Both the position numbers and the translations under genes were made by a program. Of a stretch of 64,000 bases of DNA, positions 19,027 through 28,349 are shown piece by piece. The notes beneath the pieces were generated by a model. That model saw only the letters and a program-made list of their open reading frames with translations, did no database searches and was not told the DNA's origin. This DNA comes from an uncultured Chloroflexia bacterium (GTDB taxonomy: Bacteria > Chloroflexota > Dehalococcoidia > DSTF01 > JALHUB01). The first letter of the stretch is position 1; every line of letters begins with the position of its first letter. Where the stretch lies: contig OY969814.1 in NCBI GenBank assembly GCA_963703345.1, forward strand, positions 1,536,001 to 1,600,000, read 5' to 3'.

Positions 19027-21657
19027 GTGACCCCAATCCGACGCCAGTACCTCGACATCAAGCGGCGCTACCCCCACGCCATCGTCCTCTTCCGCCTCGG
19101 CGACTTCTACGAGACGTTCGACGACGACGCCAAGCTCTGCGCCCGCGAGCTCGACATAACTCTAACTTCGAAGCCGATGGGCAAGAACCTGCGCGTCCCC
19201 CTCGCCGGCATTCCCTACCACGCCCTCGACGGCTACCTGGCGCGGCTCATCGGCAAGGGCTACAAGGTCGCGGTCTGTGAGCAGATGGGCGATCCGGCGA
19301 CGGCGAAAGGCTTGGTCGACCGCCAGGTGGTGCGCGTGGTCACCCCGGGCACGGTCATCGAAGGCCACCTGCTCGACGAGCGCGCCAACAACTATCTCGT
19401 CGCCCTGGCCGTCGGGCCGCTGCCGAAGGACCGTCGCCGCAGCAGCGAACCGCCGCAGGCCGGAATCGCCTACGTCGACATCAGCACCGGCGAGTTCGCC
19501 GCCGCCCAACTGGATGCCGACGCCGTCGCCGCTGAGCTCTCGCGCCTGCGACCGGCGGAGCTTCTCCTGCCCGAAGGCCTCGACCCGCCCGTCGCCGGTC
19601 TGCCGCTGACGCGCGTCGAGCCCGCCTGCTTCGAGCTCGATACGGCGACCGCGCTCCTGCTCGAACACTTCGGCGTCGCCTCGCTGGCCGCCTTCGGCTT
19701 GGACCAGATGCCCCTGGCGGCTTGCGCGGCCGGCGCCGTCCTCCAGTACTTGCGTGAAAACCAGAAGACCGCGCTCAGCCACGTGGCCGCCCTCTCCGTC
19801 TACAACCCGACGCGCTTCATGCTCCTCGATGCCCAGACGCGCCGCAACCTGGAGCTCTTCAGCGGCAGCCCTGGCCTAGCGGCAGGCAGGCGCGATGGCG
19901 ACCGGCACAATTCGCTCCTCGACGTGCTCGACCTGACGCGGGCCGCCCTCGGCGCACGCCTCCTCCGACGCTGGCTCGGGCAGCCGCTGCTCGACCTCGA
20001 CGCCATCCGCGAGCGCCAGGACGGCGTCGCCTGGTTCCACGAGAGCGCCGTCCGACGCGGCGCCGCCGGCGAAGTGCTCGCCGGGATGCCCGACTTCGAG
20101 CGCCTGCTCAGCCGCATGGCCGGCGGCGTCGCCCTGCCGCGCGAGCTCGTCGCTCTTCGGCGCGGCCTTGAGATGGTGCCCGCCCTGCGCGACGCTCTTG
20201 TCGAAGGAAAGGGCTCCGAAGCCGTCGCTGCCATGCTCGCCCGCCTCGACCCCTGCGACGAGACAGCCGCCCTCATCGCCCGCGCCATCGACGACGAGCC
20301 GGCCGGCGACCCGCAGGACGGCGGCGTGGTGCGCGCGGCCTTCTCGCCGGAGCTCGACGAGTTGCGTATCGTCACCCGCGACGTGCGCCGCTACCTCGCC
20401 GAGCTGGAGGCTGCGGAGCGCGCCCGTAGCGGCATCAAGACGCTCAAGATAGGCTACAACCGCGTATTCGGCTACTACATCGAAGTCAGCCGGCCACACC
20501 TGGCGCTCGTTCCGGACGACTACCAGCGCCGTCAGACGCTCGTCGGCGGCGAGCGCTTTGTGACCGAGCAACTCAAGGAGTACGAGAGCCGCATTCTCAA
20601 CGCCCGCGAGCGCATCGGCGAGCTGGAGTCCGGCATCTTCCGGCAAGTCTGCGCCCAGGTTGCCGCCGAAGGCAAACGACTGCTCGCGCTGGCCGCCGCA
20701 GTCGCCGCCATCGACGTGCATCTCGCCTTCGCCGAAGCCGCCGCCCGTTACGGCTACTGCCGGCCGGAACTTTCCGACGACGGCGAAATCGTTATCCGCG
20801 ACGGCCGTCATCCTTCGGTCGAGCGCGCCCTCGGCACCGCCGGCGCCTTCGTCCCCAACGACGTTCATCTCTCGAACGCCGACGCCCAGATAATCGTGCT
20901 GACCGGACCCAACATGGCCGGCAAGTCCACCTACCTGCGTCAGGTCGCGCTCACCGTCCTCATGGCCCAGATCGGCAGCTTCGTGCCTGCAGCTTCCGCC
21001 CGCATCGGCCTCGTCGACCGCATCTTCACGCGGGTCGGCGCGCAGGAAGACATAGCCTCCGGCCAATCGACGTTCATGGTGGAGATGCTGGAGACCGCGA
21101 ACATCCTGCACAACGCCACGCCGCGCTCCCTCGTCATCCTGGACGAGATCGGCCGCGGCACCAGCACCTACGACGGCATGGCCATCGCCCGCGCCGTCGT
21201 CGAGTACCTGCACAATCGCAGCGAGCGGGCGGCAAAGACGCTGTTCGCTACCCACTACCACGAACTCGTGGCGCTGGCGCAGACGCTGCCCAAAGTGAAG
21301 AACTACAACGTCGCCGTCACCGAAGAAGGGGGAAAGATCGTCTTCCTGCACCGCATCGTCCCCGGCGGCGCCGACAAGAGCTACGGCATCCACGTCGCCG
21401 AGCTGGCGGGGCTGCCGAAGGCGGTGGTCCAGCGCGCCCACGACGTCCTCGCCGCTCTTGAATCGCAGGCCAACGGGCGGCGGCCGGCTGCGCGCTCCAG
21501 CCAGACCGCAGCGGAGCAACTCCCGCTTCTCGCCGCGCCGTCGCCTCTCCTGGGCGAGCTCGCGCTAATCGACGTCGACGCCATGACGCCCCTGGAAGCG
21601 ATAACGAAACTCTACGAGCTGCGCAAGAAGGCGCGCGAAGACGACGCCTCGGCGTAG
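19027..21657 (+). CDS. mutS: DNA mismatch repair protein MutS
   Basis: FRLGDFYE, GPNMAGKST, STFMVEM, DEIGRGT, SYGIHVA. Confidence 0.98.
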   Translation: MTPIRRQYLDIKRRYPHAIVLFRLGDFYETFDDDAKLCARELDITLTSKPMGKNLRVPLAGIPYHALDGYLARLIGKGYKVAVCEQMGDPATAKGLVDRQVVRVVTPGTVIEGHLLDERANNYLVALAVGPLPKDRRRSSEPPQAGIAYVDISTGEFAAAQLDADAVAAELSRLRPAELLLPEGLDPPVAGLPLTRVEPACFELDTATALLLEHFGVASLAAFGLDQMPLAACAAGAVLQYLRENQKTALSHVAALSVYNPTRFMLLDAQTRRNLELFSGSPGLAAGRRDGDRHNSLLDVLDLTRAALGARLLRRWLGQPLLDLDAIRERQDGVAWFHESAVRRGAAGEVLAGMPDFERLLSRMAGGVALPRELVALRRGLEMVPALRDALVEGKGSEAVAAMLARLDPCDETAALIARAIDDEPAGDPQDGGVVRAAFSPELDELRIVTRDVRRYLAELEAAERARSGIKTLKIGYNRVFGYYIEVSRPHLALVPDDYQRRQTLVGGERFVTEQLKEYESRILNARERIGELESGIFRQVCAQVAAEGKRLLALAAAVAAIDVHLAFAEAAARYGYCRPELSDDGEIVIRDGRHPSVERALGTAGAFVPNDVHLSNADAQIIVLTGPNMAGKSTYLRQVALTVLMAQIGSFVPAASARIGLVDRIFTRVGAQEDIASGQSTFMVEMLETANILHNATPRSLVILDEIGRGTSTYDGMAIARAVVEYLHNRSERAAKTLFATHYHELVALAQTLPKVKNYNVAVTEEGGKIVFLHRIVPGGADKSYGIHVAELAGLPKAVVQRAHDVLAALESQANGRRPAARSSQTAAEQLPLLAAPSPLLGELALIDVDAMTPLEAITKLYELRKKAREDDASA

Positions 21658-21677
21658 GGGAGGACTTCAATCCTCCC
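21654..21677 (+). repeat. GTAG-type REP-like palindrome, copy 2 (overlaps mutS stop); degenerate copy near 21718-21740
   Basis: GTAGGGGAGGACTTCAATCCTCCC. Confidence 0.75.
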
Positions 21678-21771
21678 GCTCGTTATCCTCCCGCTGCCCC
21701 ATGCGTGACACAAATGCAAGGGGGGACTTCAGTCCTCGCGCCGCCTCACGCGCGGCCGAGCAGTCTGGCGG

Positions 21772-23178
21772 TTAGTTCTTCGTGACGGCGGTCAGCCCAA
21801 GTTGATACGACTTGCCCTCGAGCGCCTTGTCAAGCTGGATGAGTCCCGCCCCGTCCCAGCCGTGGAATACGCTGTCCGGCAGGGGCAGAGCCGTCTTCAC
21901 CATCAGGGCCTCCACTTGGTCCGGCGTCAACACGCGCCCCGACGACAACAGCAACGCCGCCGCCCCCGACACCAGCGCCGTGGAAAACGAAGTGCCGTCG
22001 CTCATGGCATAAGGTTCGCTGCCGAAGCAGGTCCAGCGCGCGCAGAACTTCGCCGGGACGGTACTCGCAATGTCCACGCCCGGCGCAGTCACGGTCACCT
22101 CCGGCCCCCAATTGCTGAACCACGCCTTGCCGCGGATCGTGCTGTGGTCGCTCGCCGAGACGGCGATCACATTATCGTAGCGAGCGGGCGCCAGGACCTG
22201 GTTGCCGCCTGTATTTCCCGTCGCCGCGACGATCGTCACGCCGTAGCGGTCGTGGGCCTCGTTGACCGCGTCGTGCAAGGGGGTTGAATCCAGTTGCGAT
22301 GTGAAGCTTATATTGATAACGCTAGCCCCGGCCTTCGCTGCGTATTCGATGCCCTCGGCCGCCTCCAGCCCCGTCGCCAGACCCTGGCAGTCAAGCACCT
22401 TGACAGGCATGATCGTGACGTTCGGCGCTACGCCAATGACGCCGATGCCGTTGTTTCCCCGCGCGGCGATGATCCCGGCGACGAAGGTGCCGTGCCCATC
22501 ATCGTCGTCGATGTTGCCGTTGGGCGGGTCCTGCGGCGCAGGGCATGCCTGCGAACTGCGCACGTAGTTGCAGCCGTGAACGTCGTCCACACAGCCGTTG
22601 CCGTCGTCATCGACGCCGTTCCCGGCGATCTCGCCGCGGTTCGTCCAGATTGCGTCTTTCAGGTCGGGATGAGTAATGTCCACGCCCGTATCGAGCACAG
22701 CGACGACGATGTATGGCTTGCCGGTCTCCACGTCCCAGGCCTTCGGCGCGCCGATGGCGTCGTAGTACCACTGCTGCCGGCCGACGTAGAACGGATCGTT
22801 CGGCGTCATGTCCGCCCGCACGATTGCGTTCGGCTCCGCGTACTCGACCTGCGGCAGGGAGCGATAACGCTGCGCCGCGGCCTGAGTGGAAATGCCGGGT
22901 TCCACCGCCACCAGCGACACGCCGAGGTCACTCACTTTGCTCACTTCCTTCGACCCGACGGTGCCGTTTACTATCCGCTCAGCGGCGGCAACCATCGGCT
23001 GACGATACTTCACGACGAGCTGGCCCGGCACGGCGGCCGGCAGATCCGGCGCGCCGTTTGCCTGTGATAGGCGGAGAGATGGCAGCGGATCGCAGACGGG
23101 TCCGACAGCAAGATAGGCGGCTAGGACTGCCGCCGGAAAAAAGATCAGCAGAGCTACGCGCTTGCGACCAGGCGCCAT
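21772..23178 (-). CDS. Secreted S8 subtilisin-like serine peptidase
   Basis: Signal/TM segment, propeptide, catalytic triad VLDTG / HGT / GTSFS, DDDGNGCVDD Ca loop. Confidence 0.92.
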   Translation of the reverse strand: MAPGRKRVALLIFFPAAVLAAYLAVGPVCDPLPSLRLSQANGAPDLPAAVPGQLVVKYRQPMVAAAERIVNGTVGSKEVSKVSDLGVSLVAVEPGISTQAAAQRYRSLPQVEYAEPNAIVRADMTPNDPFYVGRQQWYYDAIGAPKAWDVETGKPYIVVAVLDTGVDITHPDLKDAIWTNRGEIAGNGVDDDGNGCVDDVHGCNYVRSSQACPAPQDPPNGNIDDDDGHGTFVAGIIAARGNNGIGVIGVAPNVTIMPVKVLDCQGLATGLEAAEGIEYAAKAGASVINISFTSQLDSTPLHDAVNEAHDRYGVTIVAATGNTGGNQVLAPARYDNVIAVSASDHSTIRGKAWFSNWGPEVTVTAPGVDIASTVPAKFCARWTCFGSEPYAMSDGTSFSTALVSGAAALLLSSGRVLTPDQVEALMVKTALPLPDSVFHGWDGAGLIQLDKALEGKSYQLGLTAVTKN

Positions 23179-23272
23179 CCTCACCTCCCCGCAATGCCCA
23201 CGTTCGCCTCCTATACGTTACATCGGATGCTCCCGAGGGGCAAGGGGCGAACGTTATGCTAGAATGGCGTCG

Positions 23273-24994
23273 ATGAGCCGCCCCAATGCTATCCAAAAGC
23301 TGCCGCCGCTGGTGATCGGCAAGATCGCCGCCGGCGAGGTCATCGAGCGCCCAGCTTCCGCCGTGAAGGAGCTGCTGGAGAACGCCCTCGACGCCGGCGC
23401 CCGCCAGGTGAGCATCGAAATCGGCAGGGGCGGCCTCGACCTGATCCGCATCGCCGACGACGGCTGCGGCATTGCGCCCGACGATCTGGCCCTCGCCTTC
23501 GAGCGCCACGCCACTAGCAAGCTCTTCAGCGATGCCGATCTCGACGCCATATCGACCCTCGGCTTCCGCGGCGAAGCGCTGCCCAGCATCGCCGCCGTCG
23601 CCGACGTCGAGCTGCTTTCCCGACCCGTCGACGCCGCCGGCGGTCGCTTCGTCACTCTCCGCGACGGCCGCGTCACGGACAGCGGCGACAACGGGACATC
23701 TCCCGGCACTATCGTCAGCGTTCGGCATCTCTTCAGCCGCCAGCCCGCGCGACTCAAGTTCCTGCGCTCGCCCGCAGCCGAGGCCGCGCAGATCGCCGCC
23801 GTCGTAAGCCACTACGCGCTCGCCTATCCCGAGGTTCGCGTCACGCTCCTCACCGATGGTCGCCTCACCCTGCGCACGCCCGGTAGCGGCGATCTCCTCG
23901 ATGCAGCGGCCGGCGTTTACGGGCATCAGGTGGCTCGCTCCCTCCTGCCGCTCTCCGCGTCCGCCGCCGTATCGCGGTCCGTGTTGCCCTCCTTTGAAGG
24001 GCTGATAGGCGATCCCGGTGTCTCCAGGGCTAATCGCAACTACATAACGCTTTTCATCAACCGGCGCTGGGTGCGCAACCGCGCCCTGACCTACGCTATC
24101 GAGGAGGCCTATGAGGGCTTTCTCATGACCGGCCGACATCCTCTCGCCGTTGTCGACGTCCGCCTGGTTCCGACCGACGTCGATGTCAACGTCCACCCCT
24201 CGAAGCTTGAAGTGCGCCTCCGCAACGAGCGCGAAGTGTTCGCCCTGTTGCAGCGACAGGTGCGGCGCACTCTGACCCAACGCGCGCCAACGCCCGCCGG
24301 CACAGGGACGACGTCCTGGCCCGGCCGTCCGCGTCCTTCGCTCCCCGACAAGCCGATTGAACCTGCGCCCCTCCCGCTGGAGCCCCCTGCCACCGCCCCG
24401 GTGGCCGAGCAGCCGCTGCTCGCGCCGTCCCTGCCCGTCCTACGACCGCTCGGCCAGGTCGGCTCGCTCTACGTCGTCGCCGAGGGCCCGGAAGGGCTCT
24501 ACCTCGTCGACCAGCACGCCGCCCACGAGCGCATCCTCTTCGAACGCTTCCTGAAAACTGACGCAGCTCCCGACGCCCAGGGGCTGCTGGAACCCGTCGC
24601 CGTCGAGCTGGCGCCGCGCCAGCAGGCGCTCGTCGAAGAGATGGCACAGGAGCTCTCCGACCAGGGCTTTTCGCTGGAGCCGTTCGGCGAGCGCAGCTTC
24701 CTCGTGCGCTCTGTTCCCGCCGCGATGGCCGCCGCCGACGTCGCGACGGCGCTCGTCGAGTTCCTCGACGCCCTGGCCCGCGAAGAGGCCGTTCCGGATC
24801 GCCGGCGGCGCGTTGCTACGTCGCTCGCCTGCCATTCCGCCATCCGCGCCGGCCAGACGCTCAGCGCCGAGGAGATGCGCGAACTGCTGCGCCAGCTCGA
24901 GCAAACGGAGAACCCGCGCCACTGCCCGCACGGCCGCCCCACGATGGTCCACCTCAGCGCCGACGACCTCGCCCGCGAGTTCCGCCGCCGCTAA
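23273..24994 (+). CDS. mutL: DNA mismatch repair endonuclease MutL
   Basis: IAAGEVIERP, GFRGEAL, DQHAAHER, ACH, CPHGRP. Confidence 0.97.
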   Translation: MSRPNAIQKLPPLVIGKIAAGEVIERPASAVKELLENALDAGARQVSIEIGRGGLDLIRIADDGCGIAPDDLALAFERHATSKLFSDADLDAISTLGFRGEALPSIAAVADVELLSRPVDAAGGRFVTLRDGRVTDSGDNGTSPGTIVSVRHLFSRQPARLKFLRSPAAEAAQIAAVVSHYALAYPEVRVTLLTDGRLTLRTPGSGDLLDAAAGVYGHQVARSLLPLSASAAVSRSVLPSFEGLIGDPGVSRANRNYITLFINRRWVRNRALTYAIEEAYEGFLMTGRHPLAVVDVRLVPTDVDVNVHPSKLEVRLRNEREVFALLQRQVRRTLTQRAPTPAGTGTTSWPGRPRPSLPDKPIEPAPLPLEPPATAPVAEQPLLAPSLPVLRPLGQVGSLYVVAEGPEGLYLVDQHAAHERILFERFLKTDAAPDAQGLLEPVAVELAPRQQALVEEMAQELSDQGFSLEPFGERSFLVRSVPAAMAAADVATALVEFLDALAREEAVPDRRRRVATSLACHSAIRAGQTLSAEEMRELLRQLEQTENPRHCPHGRPTMVHLSADDLAREFRRR

Positions 24995-25173
24995 GACCTA
25001 GCTACCGCAGGGCGTGTGTCAGACGCGCTCCCGGCACTTTGTGCTCACGCCCTCCAGGCTGCTCATACCGACGCCTCAGACACGCGCTCGCCGCGCCTCT
25101 GCCCACGCCTTTGCATCGCTCCCGACGTAGGTCCTGAAATCTGCTGCTCCCTCCGCCCCTAAGGGTTTTCCCC

Positions 25174-25201
25174 TAAAGGAAACCCCTACGTTCGCCGAGT
25201 A
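25174..25201 (+). promoter_or_regulatory. sigma28-like promoter upstream of the CAP gene
   Basis: TAAA-16 nt-GCCGAGTA. Confidence 0.5.
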
Positions 25202-25264
25202 TTAGATTGGCGGGCCTCGTGCCGTGCCCAACAACGAGCCCGCGGAGGAAAACCGGCTGCGACC

Positions 25265-26131
25265 ATGATTACGCGTTGGAGAAAAGCTTCGGCTCGGCTG
25301 AGCAGCCGTTCCAGTCTGCTCGGCTCGCTCATGGTAGCCGCCGGCATCGCTCTGCTGGTCGTCTCGTCCGCTTTCTTCCTCGGCCAGGGGTCCGTCGCCG
25401 GCAGCCAGGATTCGCTCCGTTCCTCCGACCAGCCGCCCGCTCCCGACGCCACGCTACTTCTTCCATCGAACTCGCCTTCATTCGAAACGATTGACGCGCG
25501 CCTGCTAAGCGTGACAAAGCCCACAGCATCGCCCACGGCGACAGCGCAGCCGCCGGCGCCTGTCGTTCAGCCGATAGACCCGCCTATCGCCCTGCGGACC
25601 GCCACGCCCGTTCCAGCACCCGTTCGCGTCGTCGCTCCCGTGCAGCCAACGGCAGTTCCTCCAACGCCGACGCCTTTGCCGCCACCGCCGCCGACACAGG
25701 AGCCGCCGCCCGTAGTAGCGCCATCGGCGCAGCTCACAGCCTTCGAGGCGGACATCTTCAGTCAGCAGAACGCTCAGCGCGTGGCAGCCGGGTTGGCGCC
25801 CCTGCAGATCGATTCCGCCCTCGTCGCCGTCGCCCGTGAGCGCTCAAACGATATGGTGCAGAAGGACTACTTTGCGCACGTCAGCCCCAGCGGTGAGACC
25901 GCCTTCATCCTTCTCGACCGCTATGGCATTCCTTACGGCTGGGCCGGTGAGAACCTGGCACGCAACAATTATCCGGACAACGAGTCCGTCGCCGTCTCCA
26001 TGCGCGATTGGATGGCCAGCGAAGGCCACCGCGAGAACATCCTCAACGTCCACTTCACGAACGTCGGCATCGGCTCCGCGGTCGATGCGTCGGGCATGAA
26101 GTATTTCACCGTCGTCTTTACCGGCCCCTGA
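25265..26131 (+). CDS. Membrane-anchored CAP/SCP domain protein with Pro-rich linker
   Basis: N-terminal TM; YFAHVSP, GENLA, WMASEGHRENIL. Confidence 0.9.
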   Translation: MITRWRKASARLSSRSSLLGSLMVAAGIALLVVSSAFFLGQGSVAGSQDSLRSSDQPPAPDATLLLPSNSPSFETIDARLLSVTKPTASPTATAQPPAPVVQPIDPPIALRTATPVPAPVRVVAPVQPTAVPPTPTPLPPPPPTQEPPPVVAPSAQLTAFEADIFSQQNAQRVAAGLAPLQIDSALVAVARERSNDMVQKDYFAHVSPSGETAFILLDRYGIPYGWAGENLARNNYPDNESVAVSMRDWMASEGHRENILNVHFTNVGIGSAVDASGMKYFTVVFTGP

Positions 26132-26206
26132 CTCCCGTCGCCAAAGATACCAACGTAGGGGCGGGACTCCGCGGGTCGCCTGACGGGAATATGTGTGGCA
26201 ACAAGC

Positions 26207-26230
26207 GTAGGGGAGGAGTTCAGTCCTCCC
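26207..26230 (+). repeat. GTAG-type REP-like palindrome, copy 3
   Basis: GTAGGGGAGGAGTTCAGTCCTCCC between convergent genes. Confidence 0.75.
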
Positions 26231-26276
26231 GCCGTCGCGCCTGCCGCACCAGGCGAGTCAGATCGACGAATCTGCT

Positions 26277-27614
26277 CTACTGCAGGTCCACGAAGTAGAA
26301 GCTCGCCGCGACGTCGATAAGCTCGTGCCTGAGCTCCGGCGTCTCACCGCGATAGTTCGCTATCGACTCCAGCAACTCGACGAGGTCGCGCGGGTGGCAG
26401 CCGCGAAGAGGACGGCTGGCGTAGTGCTTCTCCATCAGATAGTCCAGCGCCGAATCGGGGCAGGCGATGTCCTTCGATTCGCACACCTGGCGGAAGATGC
26501 GCCGGAAGTCCGCCGGCTGCGGGTCAGGCATCTCGATCTTGTGCCGGATGCGCCGGAAGAACGCCTCATCACCGAGTTGCCGCGGCGGTATGTTCGTCGA
26601 GAACACCAGCAGCAAGTCGAACGGCATCACGATCGTATCGCCCGTGTGTAGGGCCAGGTGATCGACTCCCTGCTCGAGCGGCACGATCCAACGGTTCAGC
26701 AGCTCCTTCGGCTCAATTAGCTGCCGGCCGAAGTCGTCGATTACCAGCACGCCGGCGTTGGCCTTCACCTGCAGCGGCGCCACGTAGAACTTCGATACTT
26801 CGGAGTAGCGCAGCTCCAGGTCCTGCAGGCTCAGCGACCCGCCGGCCATCACCACCGGCCGGAACGTCCGCACCCAGCGACGGTCCCGACGCCGCTCGTC
26901 CGGCGCTCCCTCAATGTCATTGCGCCGGTCCGGGTCCGTGTCGTCCGGTATCTCCAGGTGGACCCGCGGATCGAAGACGCGAATGATGTGGCTGTTGTAC
27001 TCGAAAGCGTAGGGAATGAGCACCTGGCCGGGCAGCATTCGACCGATGGCGGCGGCGGCGCTGCTCTTGCCGTTGCCGGAGTGGCCGTAGAGGAGCATCG
27101 ACCGGCCGGAGTTGACTGCGGCGCCCAGCGCGTCGAGCGTCGAATCGTCCAGAATGAGATGCGACAGCTCGCGTCGCTCGGTCTCGCTGTCGATGCGCAG
27201 GCCGCGCACGGACTGCTGTTGCTGCACCTCCACGTACTGCTCGAAGGAAACCGGCGCCGGCCCATTATACTGACTGCGGCGCAGCACCTCCTCCGCCTTC
27301 TCCATGCCCTTCACCGTCAGCGCGTACTTGTACTGCGCCTCGCCCGCGCCCGCGCTGCCGACGACCTCCACGTACTGCTCCCGCTTCAGGAAGTCGAGAA
27401 GCTCCTCGACCACCGCGAACGGCAGCATCATGTGATTGCCGATCTGTCGCGCTGCCGGACGGCCGGCGAAATAGACGCACTTGATACACTGGTCGAGGAG
27501 AAGACCCGAATGCACGCCGGTCTCCTCGACACTCTGCGGCTGAGGGATGAAGACAGTGGGAGGTGTGTTCCGCGGGTCTTTCTTGGCCTCCAGGCCGATC
27601 TCAAGCTGCTCCAT
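26277..27614 (-). CDS. AAA+ ATPase with N-terminal winged-helix-like region
   Basis: Walker A GHSGNGKS, Walker B LVIDDFGRQ, NRWIVPLE, FSTN, DEAFFRRI. Confidence 0.85.
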   Translation of the reverse strand: MEQLEIGLEAKKDPRNTPPTVFIPQPQSVEETGVHSGLLLDQCIKCVYFAGRPAARQIGNHMMLPFAVVEELLDFLKREQYVEVVGSAGAGEAQYKYALTVKGMEKAEEVLRRSQYNGPAPVSFEQYVEVQQQQSVRGLRIDSETERRELSHLILDDSTLDALGAAVNSGRSMLLYGHSGNGKSSAAAAIGRMLPGQVLIPYAFEYNSHIIRVFDPRVHLEIPDDTDPDRRNDIEGAPDERRRDRRWVRTFRPVVMAGGSLSLQDLELRYSEVSKFYVAPLQVKANAGVLVIDDFGRQLIEPKELLNRWIVPLEQGVDHLALHTGDTIVMPFDLLLVFSTNIPPRQLGDEAFFRRIRHKIEMPDPQPADFRRIFRQVCESKDIACPDSALDYLMEKHYASRPLRGCHPRDLVELLESIANYRGETPELRHELIDVAASFYFVDLQ

Positions 27615-27724
27615 CAGACCTCTTTCCGGCGCCCATCCCACGGACGCCGCTCAGACAGTATTGCTGCAGGCGCTTCTCGCCGCGACCAAATGGGGCTAAG
27701 CGTGTGCGCTCCGCCAACCGCCCG

Positions 27725-28162
27725 CTAACCGACAAGCAGCAGCTCACGCGTCAGATCTCCCCAACTGAACATAACGACTGACAGCCAGCGGGAGTGCTCG
27801 AGCCACCCTTCAGCCTGCCATTCCTGCATCAACTGTCTCAGTCGCGAAGGCACCGGACCATCCTCATAGAAATCGGTCGGTCGCAGGACGCCGAAGCTGT
27901 ACCGTACCGTCTCCTGGTTCTCCGAGCTCATCAGCGCCAGCGCCAGCGTCACGTAATCCAGCCCGTAGGGCCGGCGCATCTCCGCCATCGTCCCGCGCGC
28001 CCATTCGACGACCATCGAGTCGACGTCGTCGCCGAGGGCGGTAGCGACGTCGCCTCCCAGCTCCCAGCAGGTGTGGTACACGCCGACTCCTGCCTCGACG
28101 GCCTCGCGCACCTTCGACTCCGCTGAGTTCTGTCTGAACCTTCTTAGCAGCGAACCTAGCAT
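27725..28162 (-). CDS. Hypothetical protein (145 aa)
   Basis: Host-like codon use, globular-looking sequence, candidate promoter directly upstream. Confidence 0.6.
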   Translation of the reverse strand: MLGSLLRRFRQNSAESKVREAVEAGVGVYHTCWELGGDVATALGDDVDSMVVEWARGTMAEMRRPYGLDYVTLALALMSSENQETVRYSFGVLRPTDFYEDGPVPSRLRQLMQEWQAEGWLEHSRWLSVVMFSWGDLTRELLLVG

Positions 28163-28234
28163 CGGCCTTTGAAACGACAGAGCGCCCTGACTCACTACGA
28201 ACCGGAGTCCCCAATAAGGGCGCGCTCTCTTAGA

Positions 28235-28262
28235 GTATCGGCAGGAGCCTCGACCGGCTTCA
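28235..28262 (-). promoter_or_regulatory. sigma28-like promoter
   Basis: TGAA-16 nt-GCCGATAC on the minus strand. Confidence 0.55.
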
Positions 28263-28286
28263 GATGCAGCGCTTTGAAGACGCAAG

Positions 28287-28318
28287 AAAAGGGAGGGCTC
28301 CGTCGCGGAAGCCCTCCC
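28287..28318 (-). terminator. Intrinsic terminator after surface-protein paralog 1
   Basis: GGGAGGGC...GCCCTCCC stem followed by TTTT. Confidence 0.75.
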
Positions 28319-28349
28319 CTCATGTCTTGAAGCTCAGCCCGTGAGCGGC

